Made by a program: the position numbers and the translations under genes. DNA of 64,000 nucleotides from Mytilus trossulus (taxonomy: Eukaryota). This document shows, one piece after another, positions 1 through 13,164 of the stretch. The number at the start of each line of letters is the position of its first letter. Position 1 is the stretch's first letter. The notes beneath the pieces were generated by a model. That model saw nothing but the letters and a program-made list of their open reading frames with translations, searched no databases and was not told where the DNA came from. The stretch lies in contig NC_086375.1 of NCBI RefSeq assembly GCF_036588685.1, forward strand, positions 58,714,001 through 58,778,000, in the 5' to 3' direction.

Positions 1-789
1 TGCGATCTGGTTGCCCGATGCAATGTGTGTGTCCCACTCACTAACGACATTTTTTCTCGGGCTTGGATCCCAAACTAGTATTTGTGATCTGATCAGTAAT
101 TTGACTGATGTTGTCCTGTTCCCGATCTTGATATTTTGACTGGCTGCGAATTCGCATATATAGCAGGAAACGTGTGACAGAATATAAGTTCCGGGGGGAA
201 CCCATAATATTTGTTCCAAGGAACTATTAGCATAAATCAAGTTCCATAAATATAAAGTTTTATCCAATACTAAAATAAAACTTCTTAAAGGATAAAATAT
301 TACAGTAGCAAAGTTCCAAATAAGGCAAACAAAAAATTTCACATGTGCATTGTAAATTGGGAACATTTTTATAAAAAAATATTCGTGAATAGATTCATTG
401 CCATTTAACATCTTTTTTTATGAGAGGAACGTATTCATAAATACTGTAACGTCGTTCTTTTCCAACACATTGATGTCTTAGTTGGCCATTTTTTGCATGT
501 ACAGTGTCTTCACCAAAGTCAAAAACTGGCAATAGAATCGAAACAAATTTACCCCGAGATTCATCTACCTCTTAATCAAACAGAGCATCTGACTGCTGCA
601 AAGTAGATTGCGTCAGGAAGATGCTATCATCATCTAGCTCATTTTTGTTTTTAAACCCATTTAATTTCATAAGCTATTTCATGAGTATCCTCATCTTTGT
701 CGTGAGTATCTAACGATTCTTCAACTATCATTTCTTCTGGCTCGTAGTATTTTTCTTACATTATTTTGTCTGTACTTGCCAACAATCTT

Positions 790-1022
790 TTTCACAAATT
801 TTTGAATTTTTGAAATATTAAGGCTTTTCTACCTCAGGCATAGATTACCTTAGCTGTATTTGGCAACACTTTTAGGAATTTTGGTTCTCACTGCTCTTCA
901 ACTTCGTACTTTATTTGGCCTTTGTAACTTTTTGGATTCGAGCGTCACTGATGAGTCTTTTGTAGACGAAACGCGTCTGACGTATATACTAAATTTAGTC
1001 CTGGTATCTATGATGAGTTAAT
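790..1022 (+). mobile_element. Hammerhead-bearing interspersed repeat (Penelope-like pLTR / retrozyme-like fragment)
   Basis: Related copies at 12985-13165, 19085-19190 and 39300-39430; interrupts the integrase pseudogene. Confidence 0.7.
943..982 (+). ncRNA. Minimal type I hammerhead ribozyme
   Basis: CGTCA-CTGATGA-GTCT(TTTGT)AGAC-GAA-ACGCGT-C|TGACG. Intact core, perfect stems I and II, palindromic stem III, GUC cleavage after 977. Confidence 0.8.
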
Positions 1023-2159
1023 TTATTTCGTTTTGCACAACATTGGGTCTCTTATCAAAGTTAAGTTTCTGTTACTTTTGAGCATGGCCAGCATTCTCAA
1101 CTACATCAGTAGTGATCTTGGTCTGTTTTTGTGGCAGGCTATTTCCAGCTTTATTTATCTAGTGTGTTGGTAGTTTCTCCATGAAAATTTTCATTGGGAA
1201 CGACCGGATTTCTATAGAACATTAAATAGTAAGGCGAATAATTGGTGCTGATTTGTTTCGAAATATTGTAAGAGAAGCAGCATTTTTGTGCAAAGTTTTG
1301 TGTTCTCTTGTACTGATTTATTTAACATAGTTTTCAAAGTCTGATTGAACCGTTCTGATCGTCAATTGACCGTGGGTGATATCGTGTAATAAGAATCTGC
1401 TAGAATCAATTTTGTGCCTCTGGTGATTTTGTGAGAAGTGAGTTGAATTCCCAACTGTAATCGCTTACTAATTTTAGGGGCATGTGATGTCTGCAAAATA
1501 GTTCATACATTTTTTCAGCTACTAATGATGCTACATAATTTGAAAAAGTCAATTACAGTAAGAACATACCAGTATCCATTGTCAGATAAAGGTTTCCACT
1601 GCTATCATTATACGGTCCAATAACTTAAAGATCTATAGCATTTTTCCCCAGGTGCTGTTAGGAATTTTAATTAACTGTAATTCAGTAGGTGTCGTTTTTG
1701 TTTTCTTGTTTGTGCATTAACAATGTTCACAGTGCTGGATGATTTGACATTCCCTTCCAGTTATATAGTTCAGCAAATTTATAATAAGATTTTTTATATA
1801 TACCTAAATGACTTCCATTCTCAGAGTGACAACTTCGGTATAGAATGTTTTGATCCCCTGTTATGACTAAATTGTTTTCGTCCTCTGCTACTTTATCTTC
1901 CAGTATAATACATTTTTCCCTCTAGGATCTCGAAATTCTGGGCTCTCTTCCTGATGCGTCTTCTTTCATTATCGTCCATTTCTGAAAAAAAATATGATAT
2001 AATCCTAATTAATCAGTAATAAAGCCGAAGTTCCAAATACAACATCAGATAGTGACGGCAAATATATGATTTAACACAAACTCATTGTATCAAACAATTC
2101 CAATATCAGTCTGTGGAATTCTATATGATTCATTGACAATCATTATCAGTCGTATAGTC

Positions 2160-2788
2160 ATACTTATAACTAAGTACTCATAACGAATCCAAGAGATGTC
2201 CGCACTAAAACATACGGTGAAAGACGATTCGACCGAGCTGGAGCTACATTGTGGAATGACCTACCAATTCATTTACGGAAAGAACAATCGCTTCTTCGTT
2301 TTAAAAAAGGTTTGAAGACACATATTTTTAGACTGGTGTACTGTGATGTGTAAGATCTGTGATAATTTATAATTTATTATTATTCTAAAAAGTTTAAGTG
2401 ATAGGACCTTTTTTATTTTTAATTTATTTAAATTTTTAGTTTTAACGATTTTATTGAAGAGACAGTTTATTTATCTTTTCATTGTGTTTTACTGGAATGT
2501 AAATAATTATAATTTTCATCATTATTCTTTTATTGACTGTTATATTTAATATGTTTTATGGTATTCATTGTGATATATATTTCCCCTGTCAATGCTCTTA
2601 ATTTCCATCATTATTCTATTTAATTTCTGTTTTATTCTTATGTTCATATATATATAATTGCTATTATTGTATGCATTGTGATATATATTTTCCTTCATTT
2701 TATATGTTAAGCGCTTAGAGTATTATGTTTATTAGATAGGCGCTACATGTATATAAAAGCTATGTAATAATAAATAATAATAATAATA
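2160..2788 (+). mobile_element. 3' end of an L2/CR1-group LINE
   Basis: RFDRAGATLWNDLPIHLRKEQSLLRFKKGLKTHIF C-terminal motif; AAGCGCTTAGAG...GGCGCT terminal stem-loop; (TAA)n tail. Confidence 0.8.
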
Positions 2789-2919
2789 CTTGGTTATAAA
2801 AGACTTGAACTAACAGTTTGTAAAGTTTGTTTAATACACATTGAAGGATATTGATAATAGATTGAAAAAAGTTTCCACAATTTGTAGAGTGCACTGTATA
2901 ACCAAGAGATCAAGGATAG

Positions 2920-3230
2920 TTTGTTATGTTATAAAAGTTCCAATAATATAGGTTCGAGTAGTACTTGTTATATTGGAAAATTTCCAGGAATATTTGTTAT
3001 ATTATAAAAGTTCCAGGAATGTTTGTTATATTATAAAAGTTCCAGGAATATTTGTTACTTTATAAAAGTTCCAGAAATATTTGTTATATTATACAAGTTC
3101 CCGGAATATTTATCATGGTATTAAAAATCCAGGGAATGTTTAGTATTATAATATAGTATAAACGTTCCTTGAATGTTTGATATAGTATAAAAGTACCATG
3201 CATTCAGGAACATTTGTTATATTTATAATT
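2920..3230. repeat. About 29-bp minisatellite TTATAAAAGTTCCAGGAATATTTGTTATA
   Basis: Units at about 3002, 3031, 3060 and 3089, with degenerate flanking copies. Confidence 0.85.
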
Positions 3231-6200
3231 GTTCTGATAATAGATATTATGAATGTAAGATAAATGTTTCAGGATTATTTATTATATGATCAAAGTAATA
3301 AGAATATGAACTACAATATCAAAACGTATTTGAAGCAACAAATGTATAGAAGAAAACTTCCAATAATAAAGAACAGGCATTTTTATCTTCAATTTGTGTC
3401 TAACTTCATACTTGACTTGTGTACAAGTCAAACTTTCTCTTTGTTACAAACACACGGATCATTAAGTTGCAGCATATAATGATACAATATTAAAATTATA
3501 TCTTATTATTGTATTAATGTATGGACTTTTTCATTTTGGCCCTGTAACATGCCATAGGTATTATTAATGGCCAAGGATGGTTGTAATGGCCCTGAGGCAA
3601 CGCAAATTTTGACTATGAAGAATTGTACTGACAAAATGTCAATTTCTCCTCTTTGGGTCTGTTATTATATTGTGTCGAAAATTCAATAAAATATGACAAA
3701 AAAAGAGATAATATCAAACAATTTAAATGGAAATGATTTTATTCATCTGAAAGAGTTTTATCGTCAAACCGTTTGATTGAGTAACAGTAATTGATACAAT
3801 ACAAACAAATATTCTGATTGTGTAGTTATGTCAAGTTTTTTATGTGCTCATTTTAATGCTATACAATATCTTTGGCCAGTGTAATACCACTTAAAACAAA
3901 GGAGAAGGTTTACGAAGGGTTGAAATTGGCCCTAAATTTTGTATGTTTTTGTTGAAATTTTACATAGAAATGCTTGTAATAATACTATGAAGAGAAAACA
4001 TATATTTTTCTGGCACTTTCCATACAATTGATGAAGATATGACCCCTTATGTAAACATTGTATGTATGTTGATACCATTTTTGTAGGAGTTATGTTCCCA
4101 ATATAATGGCATAATTTTAATTGTTTTGGCATTATATAAATTGGCGGTCATACACAATCCAAAAAGTTTTATATATTGATGAATTCTGTATCAAAATTGG
4201 AATATTTTCTGCATCAAATGGTCAATTTAGAATACTTGTCACAACAGTATCATCTGTAACCATATATCTGACACAATTTAACTACTATATATATTAGAAG
4301 TGTTCAAACAAAGCCATATTTGCAATAGTTGTATGTATGCAGATACCAGTCTGAGATATACATTCACTTAAAATGTTGTAGAGATGACTGCTAACATCTG
4401 ATTTTTGCATAACTTCCAAGCATTGTTATTGTTTTCTATATCAAGAACTTTAAAATCATAAAATCATAGCATTTACAAGCTAAATTATTTGTTTTATGAC
4501 CCAGGGGGAAGTCAATTTTTTATGTTTTTTGCCCCTGGGGCCTCAAATTTCCTGAGTCACTCTGCTTTTTCTAACAATTTGGAATATGAGTACATATTCA
4601 GGATAGAACACACTATTGTAAGTTTTCTTGAGATATTTTTGTTTTTCTAGCTTGTATTATGATGTGCTGACAAAAAAGCAGATTTAGGTGTTGCGGCTTA
4701 CTTTTTGGTTATCGAAAGGACACACATACCCCATAAATAATATTCAGAAAGGATCTATGAGTTTCAATGACTGCGAAGAGTAAATTTGAGCACTACTTAA
4801 CAGTTTAACTTACAAATATGCAAATATTATGAATTAATTTTGTATCCAGGACTTTAAGTAAACTATGCATACTGTAAACTGTGAATTTATGCTGAGTCAT
4901 CAAATATTAGGCCCAGGATTCTATCAATCTTCATTAAATATTTATTAAACTTCATATTTGAGTTAATTTCTTTAAAATCTATGAAATAAAGCAAATTTGG
5001 TTAAATTCTGAAGGTTCCCCTTTTTCACCCTATATAGATTGCATTTCTGTAAATATTGACAATGCAATTTCCCATAGGAACTCCTTTTACGGCTAAAACT
5101 GTACCACTTTTACTATGAAGTTTCGAAAAAAAATCTTATCCTAGAATTGAAAGTTCATATGCACCACAATTTTTTTCAAAGGTCAAAATATAGGGCTGTG
5201 CGGCATATTTTCAACGTTTATATGCCCTGAACGTCTCAGAGTTTAAACTTACACTAATTTTCTTAACTACCCCTACCTCGAATGAAAGGTTACCACAGAT
5301 TTTAATGTAAACAGTATGCACGTGTTTATTTACTGGTAACATTCCCAAGTTCTGTCTGCGACGCAGAGAGCCTAACTGGGAACCAGTATGTAAACAAAAT
5401 TAATTTTCTATGAATATTCAATTACTCCCCAAAAGAGGCGTGTTTTGAGCAACAGCTGTATTTACAAAGTGCAACCTATATATAAAGTGCATAGAAAATC
5501 AACCTAACGATGTTAGAGTAGATTTTATTCGTAACTTCCTCCCCGGCACCGGGGCTGGAACCTGTACTTAATATTTTTATTCAAAGAGAAACAAATGGCT
5601 GCTTCCTATTCTAAAAAATTTAATTTTGGTATTACTTGAATTGGTATAACACAATTATTCAAAAAAGATATAGTTTCTATGTATTTTTCTGATAAATATG
5701 GGAGATTATCGAACACTTCCGGTTTTGAAAAATTCAATTGCAGTGTACTGTGATACCTTGTGAAAATCCTTAGGTGTTCACCTTATAAGTTGTTTTCATG
5801 TATTTGGTGCAATAATTGACTATCTACTGGTTGTCGAGCTAATCTTTATTTTAACTGTGCCAAAGACTTTATACTAAAGGCCAAATATTCTATGCTTTTT
5901 TTTGGTTTCAAAATGAATTTTTATCAAAGTTCAATACATGTACGTTAGTCTGACCTAAACCCAGATATTGTCTTGATATTGGCCTGTTATTGGTAAAATT
6001 TATGGGGTTTTATGGATGTTTGATATGAAAAGAGTGACATCACTACTATAAGCTCTTATTTTCAACTTATGTTTTGATAAGAAAATATTGGTCTGTTTTA
6101 TGAGTAGCAATAACAAGGACAAGTCGAAATTTAGAACGTGATCAATGACCTCAAATATAAAGACCCGAGCTCTACATCACTTACAGTGATAGAGTTTCAC

Positions 6201-6899
6201 TCATATAATCAATAAGTCCAATACACCAGGGGTAATAACTCTCTTATGAACTCTATGAATAACTGTGGTTTTTATCAGAGTTTAATATTTGAAATCTGCT
6301 AATTGCAAGTATTATCAGGTAAATATTCCCAAAATTCGGAGAATATAAAGAGAAATTATCAGAAATTACATTGTCATCCGTTGTACGGTTCCCAGAAAAA
6401 CAATATTGGGGACATAACTCCTACATAGATAATATTTTTTTATGGTAAATTTAATAGAATGGTCGCTATCATCTACGTACTCAGAATTAATCATAAACTA
6501 ACTTCTTGCCGAAAGAAACACAGAAAAATAAAGCCAACTAAGAGATAATGCTGGAGAAAGAAATAATAAAGAAACGAATATTAATAGATTTTTCCATTGA
6601 AAGGTCGAAAACCTGATGATACTTGCAATTAAAAAATTCCAGATATGAAACTCTGATAATGAACAAGCAATATAAATTGAAGTAAATATGAATATTTATA
6701 CAAAAAAGCATATGCAAAAATTACCTTCAGATTTCAGACAGTTTGTAAGATAGAGAACACAACAATGTATTTCGAAACAAAATCATAAACATAGCAGTAC
6801 TGTAAGACATGTCAGTTACACTAGTAATAATAAAGTGCGTGGTATCACATATCTTTTTTTTTTTAATTTTGTCCGGCAAAACATGAATTTGAGAAAATA

Positions 6900-8560
6900 T
6901 CGTCATCTTCATTTCATCCATCGTTCTACTTTTTCTATTCTTCTTTCCTCACGCAGTACCTTAATATCATTTTTGATAGCCTCAATACTTGAAAACTCTG
7001 ATACTTTGCATGAATTCCAAATATGTTCGGCCGCTGCATTTAATGAACGTCGTAAAACTCCTACAACAGTTACTACACCTTTCACCAAAACACAGTCTTC
7101 ATACCAGACCGCGTTTTGAAAGTTCTCCTTCAGTTACATATTCAGCTCTTCCGCCTCTGTAAAAATACACTGCTTACTGTTGATCGTAAATTAAACTTTC
7201 TTACACCAAAAGATTTTTTTCAAAAGGTATTCTGTAATTTCAATGTAGTCAGCCTGGGAAATGTAATCTGCTCCAAAGTTGCACATTTTGTTTCTGTATA
7301 AACTTTAGTGTTCTGTGTTGAAGGATTGTTTACCATGTACAATAGTTTTTCAATTTCATCAATATCTGGTGTTAATATGATCGTGTGAACTCAAAATCTG
7401 TTTTCGTTCTTGGATTCGGTTCTCTAAGCCTCAATGACATCGTGGAAAAGATATCGTCTTATCTGTTTGTCTGTGATTACCTCTGACATTACGGCATACT
7501 GTTCCCGCATTTTTCCGAATGAACAAACCATTGCTCGACACGAATCTGCGCTCTTCTGTACAGGGAACTTCTTTCTTTGTAGTCATGAAGTCATCAATTC
7601 TCCAAACATTTTCAACGGCATTAAAATTTTCAATTAGATTTCTGTGATTTAGGAAGTTTCATAAGGAATTGACAATTTCAAAGATTGGTTTATTTCCAAG
7701 TGGATCGAAATGGTGAATGAGTGTATCTTTCTGGAAAATGACAGTTAAAATCCAGTGGTTTCTGTTAACATTAATTGATAGACATATTCAGTCCTTGTCA
7801 AACCATGTATCTTAACCCTCTGTGTTTTTTTGTCTTGCCAATTCCAATACTAGACGCAAACCAAGATGATGAAATTATCAGGGAATTGCCTTGTTTCAGT
7901 GTAGAACAACACAATCTATATTTATGTCAGCAAATTGGCCGCATAAAAAACCGTGAAACGTCTTCGCATTCCATGTTGTATCCGTTTACTCGCAAAGGTG
8001 CACTAAAATCATCCATAAAATTTACATCACAAGTTTGTAAATGTAAATTTAAAATATTGTCCGGTTCAATTAATGTAGTTTCATCTATAATTTGATAGTT
8101 GTCAAATGTTTCTGATTCATCCACTTTATCAGCAATAACAATTAAGTCTAGCATATATTGGTCAGACACAGATTGGACCTTTTCCATTGATACCTCAGTA
8201 ACAATGTTCGGGCTTTCGATTTTTTAAAATTTCAACGTCTCTATCAAATTGTCTAAATATGAAGGTAAACATTGAGCAAATGACTGCTTTCGGAGTGAAT
8301 TCAGAAATCAGTTTTGAAAATCCATCTGGATGCAAAATCAGAATTTCCCTTTATTATAACTGTTTTTCCATACTTCAATATGCAATGTTTGATTTCCACT
8401 GACCTTTCCTCTTTGCAAACTGTACATCTTTCGGGTCCGTCATTGCTGATGACTGCTTTTAAAGGCAGTTATTGTGCACAGTATTTGTATTTTTTTTATT
8501 TATATTTGTAATAAGTTGACATGTTAAACAGTTTGTTCGTTTTACAGTTGATAATCCGTA
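6900..8560 (-). pseudogene. Decayed transposon-borne ORF with Ulp1/SENP (C48) protease domain and upstream Cys-rich motifs
   Basis: INVNRNHWILTVIF...HHFDPLG (His, Asp) and PVQKSADSC (Gln, Cys) motifs; frameshifts and stops. Confidence 0.7.
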
Positions 8561-8584
8561 ATTGTCACCACAAGGTGCAATGGG

Positions 8585-9215
8585 AAGCTGAATACCCACG
8601 ATCTGCTTGAAACAAAATCCAGGGTGATGTTCAGCTGAGATTTTTTTCAAATTTAGTCCAAAGTTGGGGTCGGACACCCTACCCCACCCTTACGGAAATG
8701 TTAATAAAAAATGATCTACGTAATACTTTTTTCGCCACTAAATGCATTGTGAAGATGAAAAGGTATGGTCTACTAGAGAAAAAATCCAGGGTGTGGTTCG
8801 GCTTAGCTTTTTTTTTTAATTTGGTCCAACGTTGGGGTCGGACACCCTACCCCACCCTTACGGAAATGTTAATAAAAAATGTTCTACGGCAACACTTTTT
8901 TCGCCACCAGTTGCAACGGGAAGCTGAACACCCAAGGTCTACTTGAGAAAAAAATCCAGGGTGTGGTTCGGCTTAGTTTGTTTTTTAAATTTGGTCCAAA
9001 GTTGAGGTTAGACACCCTACCCCACCCTTACGGAAACGTTAATAAAAAATGTTCTACAGCAATAATATTTTCGCGACTAGGTGCAAGGGGGAGCTGAATA
9101 CCCAAGGTCTACTTGAGAAAAAAATCCAAGGTGTGGTTCGGCTTATTTTTTTTTTTAAATTTGGTCCCAAGTTAGGGTCGGACACCCTACCCCACCCTTA
9201 CGGAAATGTAAAAAA
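8585..9215. repeat. 168-170 bp tandem repeat, about 3.7 copies
   Basis: GACACCCTACCCCACCCTTACGGAAA at 8673, 8841, 9011 and 9181. Confidence 0.95.
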
Positions 9216-12014
9216 ACTAAACAGAATGTTTTGTTAAAACAGATTTGTCTCATTAAAAAAATATTAATGCACTTTCTTTTCTTGTCATGCAGAACAATAA
9301 TAACTTTTCAGGAGGAACTATTTGATAGGATGCAGAGAATATGGAAAGCTATTTGACACAATATCACAAAATCTATACTTTATGAGTTCAATGTCAATTC
9401 CCTGTTACAAGTAAGCATTTGGTTAATTTTAATACATGTTTACGATTCTAGGTACACTCAAAACTGTCGACCATTTTAATAAAAAAATAAAATCGGGGAG
9501 CACGCTGTTTCGTATATTGACATCGATTACTTTTGTCTTAAATTAATGAACAAGACAAAATATTTTTTAAATCATCGAATAGTTCTCCGATTGCTTTATT
9601 ATATATTAAACACTGATAAAATATTGGTAATATATCAATAAATGCATTTTGAGTACGCTTGAATCTTATGCAAATTTTGAGTTCAAAGACATATCCGAAA
9701 AGTGGCTGCTAGCGAGTGGCTGCTAGCTTGAGCCTGGTCATAATCTTACCTTGTTTAAATATATTAAAAGTTTGTTGTATTCCTCATCCTCATCCTCCAT
9801 TCTTTGTATGGACTACACGTACACACAGGTAAGGTGAGCAGTAATTCCATGTATACTGCAATCAGGTGAACAAAAATAGCAAATGCCACTCTTTCTTAAA
9901 AGAAACAAATATACTATGGAACCATATGTGTTTTAGTTCCAGGAAACTATCTTATGAAGGTGAATAGTATATCATGCGATTGGTGTTCACAATATCTTTT
10001 ATTTTGTGCATTTTTCCTTTGATCTTTTTTTGTGATAATTTTCATATCATGCTTCTCGCTTGAGATGGAAAAATTATCGCTAGAAACTAAGGAGGTCACG
10101 TGGCCGGTTGCTAACGAAATTGACATTGAAATTGACAACGTCGTCATAGGTAAAACAGCGATAAATAGATTATCATTGGTCATCTCAACTCGATAGCTTT
10201 TCTCACTTTCGCTGTACCAGCTAAAGCGAAAAAATCAATCTCGTTGAGATAATCAATAATGTTGTTCCAGGGGAACACGTATTATGTGGAACAAGTATAA
10301 TGTCCGCAGACGCCTACCTAGTCAACACATTCGGACTCGATAACTTCGTAAGTTCATACAAATTCCTCGTTTTTTGTTTTTTTTATTGATCAGTATTTTC
10401 CTAGTTGGTTACGGATAATTTTAAATTATTAATTTATCATTGATAAATTACTGTCGCCTTAATTTGTCGTCAATAATAGGTTGATAGATACGATGAGTCA
10501 TTGTCTAAGCTTACAAGCGATATATGTTTATTCATTAAATCTTTTGATGCCACGCCTTGCGGTCATAAAACTTTCGAGCATGATTTTTGTGCTCCGAGCA
10601 CTGAGCAAAGTTTTATGACTTCAACCCCAGTATAGTCGTCTTATCTGTAACAAGTAAGAAATGTTTAGAAATTAAATATCAAAATTATATATACAAAAAA
10701 CATCCGTTCTGTTGCAATCACATAGAGTTGTTCATCTTTGTGCATCATTCGTTTGTCTTAAATGAAATAAAAGAAGATAACAAATTATGTTATAGTTAGC
10801 TTTCGGAACTGTCATTTCAGAAATCTCTGGATACAATTTTCCAGGCGCATTAGTTAATCTGTTAATAGAAACAAATTTAAAGGAGCAATTGCATTTACGT
10901 GGTTCATTAAAACATAACTTCATTCTAAACCATAGCAGAGTTTAATTTTTAAGTATTTAAAGTGAAGATGTTTCGATGGAATCTTTTACAATGTAAATTA
11001 CTTATTAAAAGTTGAAGTTTTGATGGAAGATAACTACAACCAATTCATATAAAACAGTTGTTGCCGAAGAAGTTTTTTTTTTATCTTTCTTTACTGAGCG
11101 ACTTTTTTTTTTAACTTATTGCGCTTATTGTTAATATAAAAAATGAGATGGTTCTTTTTCTTTTAAATCTCATACAAAAATTACTTTTGTTTTTGTACAA
11201 TCTTATTTATGAATCTTCTTCTCTACATTTGTAAAAAGTGTACAAAAACGAATGCGTTATCAAGAAATTAGAATTTCAATGTGAAGTATTATGAAATTTA
11301 GATTGATGTTTAAGAAACAGCCCAACAGTTGGATTATACATTACTTTACTTCACAATGACCTTTATGTAATAAGTAATTGCTTTTTTTTCTAGTATGTTT
11401 GAATCTAATTATAATGATTGAATTTGAGAAAAAGAAAATATATCATTCGAAAAAAGACGGACAAATCAAAATTTGTAAAAAAAAATGCATTTAAAGAAAT
11501 TTCTTTTAAAAAGAGTTCTTTCTTCATTAGCTTCGTTGTATGGAAGAAGACCATACGAAACTAAAATCTTTGAACAAGATCTAACATATTTATATATAAG
11601 AGTCAACTATTTCATGCTCAAATTTCGATTCTAATGCATGGCTCACAAATACAGTTTATTGTTTATCTTTTGATACTTCTTGAGTTATTTAATGATTGTT
11701 CTTAAGATTGAAAAAAAAGATTCATACATATCGTGCACCCAGAAGCTTTGACAAAATAACCTCCGTCAAAACGTTCAAACCAAATAATGTGAATTCCAGT
11801 GGTGTATCTATTCTTGATTACGTAAAGAGCTATATGAACAATAAAGGTAATAATAGTTTACTGGTGTTTAAAATGGATTGAGATTATATAACACAATCAT
11901 ATCATTATCAAATTAAAAAGGTGTGTGAAAAAACCAGACCCCAATTTAAACAAATCTATATCTGGATGCGTGTTATTTGTTTCGAATACTCAATTGAAAG
12001 TATGGACGTCAAGT

Positions 12015-12235
12015 TAGTTACTTATTCCTTATTCGTTACTTATTCCTTATTCCTTTTTCGTTATTTATTCGTAACTTATTCCTTATTCGTTACTTATTCC
12101 CTATTCCTTATTCGTTACCTATTCGTTACTTATTCCCTATTCCTTATTCGTTACCTATTCGTTACTTATTCCCTATTCCTTATTCGTTACCTATTCGTTA
12201 CTTATTACCTATTCCTTATTCGTTACTTATTCGAT
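12015..12235. repeat. Compound TTATTC/GTTAC minisatellite (36-bp higher-order unit)
   Basis: Translates as repeated FVTYSLFLIRYL (12 aa = 36 nt). Confidence 0.9.
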
Positions 12236-12496
12236 TTTTAATATCCTTCTCCCTTTTTAATTTAATTGTTTATACTCTTATATCTGGTAATAGTTCTAAA
12301 TTTGTTGAGGTAAAATGATCTTTGTATGACCTATTTATATGTGTTTGTGCTCAACCGATCCTTTTACTTTATGTTCAATACTCATTTGTTCCTTATTTGA
12401 TTTTTATACGTTCTTACTTTTAACTGCTTTATATCCGTATGTTTGAAGATGGATCTTGGTTCGAAGGGATGAAATCACCGAGTAATCGCTTGTTTA

Positions 12497-12815
12497 AAAA
12501 AGAAGATGTGGTATGATTGCCAATGAGACAACTCCCCACAATAGACCAAAATGACACAGAAATTATCAACTAAAGGTCACTGTACGGGCTTCAACAATGA
12601 GCAAAGCCCAAAACCGCATAGTCAACTTTAAAAGACCCAAACACGACAATGTAAAACAATTCAAACAACAAAACTAACGGCCTTATTTCATATACAAAAA
12701 AATAAACGAAAAACAAATATGTAACACAAAAAAAAACGATAACTACTTAATTTCAGGCTCTTGACTAGGGACAGGCACATACTAACATAATGGGGCGGGG
12801 TTAAACATGTTAGCA
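12497..12815. repeat. Abundant interspersed repeat (AAGAAGATGTGGTATGATTGCCAATGAGACAAC family)
   Basis: Further copies near 19200, 22700-22800, 27010, 40240-40560, 42500-42650, 46080-46160, 47580-47830, 56880 and 59340-59560. Confidence 0.8.
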
Positions 12816-13027
12816 GGGTGTAAATCGTTTCGGAGCATGCTATTACCTTGTTTTATTCGTTCCACCACTCGCTTATAATTCGCTTATAATACGTGTATTA
12901 TACGTTGCACCTTTTAAACATGATTTTCAATTGATTTATTGTCTCTGGTAGTAGATTTGGGTTCTTCGAGGTGATATAACTCTATAAATAAACTCATCAA
13001 AGATACCAGGACTAAATCTTGTATATA

Positions 13028-13069
13028 CGTCAGACTCGCGTTTCGTCTACCAAAGACTCATCAGTAACG
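13028..13069 (-). ncRNA. Minimal type I hammerhead ribozyme
   Basis: CGTTA-CTGATGA-GTCT(TTGGT)AGAC-GAA-AC(GCGA)GT-C|TGACG on the minus strand. Confidence 0.75.
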
Positions 13070-13164
13070 CTCGAATCCAAAAATATTAAAAAAGCCAAAT
13101 AAAATACGAAGTTGAAGAGCATTGAGGACCAAATTTCCTAAATGTTTGCCAAATCCAGCTAAGC

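Larger units (their letters stand above)
430..1981 (-). pseudogene. Decayed Gypsy/Ginger-type integrase
   Basis: Frameshifted motifs: MDDNERRRIRKRAQNFEI, CHSENGSHLG...HCEHC (HHCC Zn finger), IDL..IGP, YVLTVIDFF, LVSD..WEF, YHP, RFNQTLKTML, YSPYYLMF. Acceptor TTTTTTCAG at 1984-1982. Confidence 0.85.
173..10308 (-). mobile_element. Ginger-like (Gypsy-integrase-related) DNA transposon relic with nested insertions
   Basis: Left end TGTGACAG...CATAATA..TGTTCC..GGAAC with a degenerate inverted match ending TGTCCGCA at 10308. Flanks AACG / GACG (4-bp TSD, one mismatch). Contains an integrase pseudogene with splice sites. Confidence 0.5.

Noticed and set aside
2920-3230. CRISPR-like appearance of 29-bp repeats
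   Set aside because: Repeats are contiguous with no unique spacers, no cas genes, and the context is eukaryotic.
8698-9237. Three similar short ORFs
   Set aside because: Produced by the 170-bp tandem repeat.
11921-12241. Hydrophobic repeat ORF
   Set aside because: Translation of a minisatellite.
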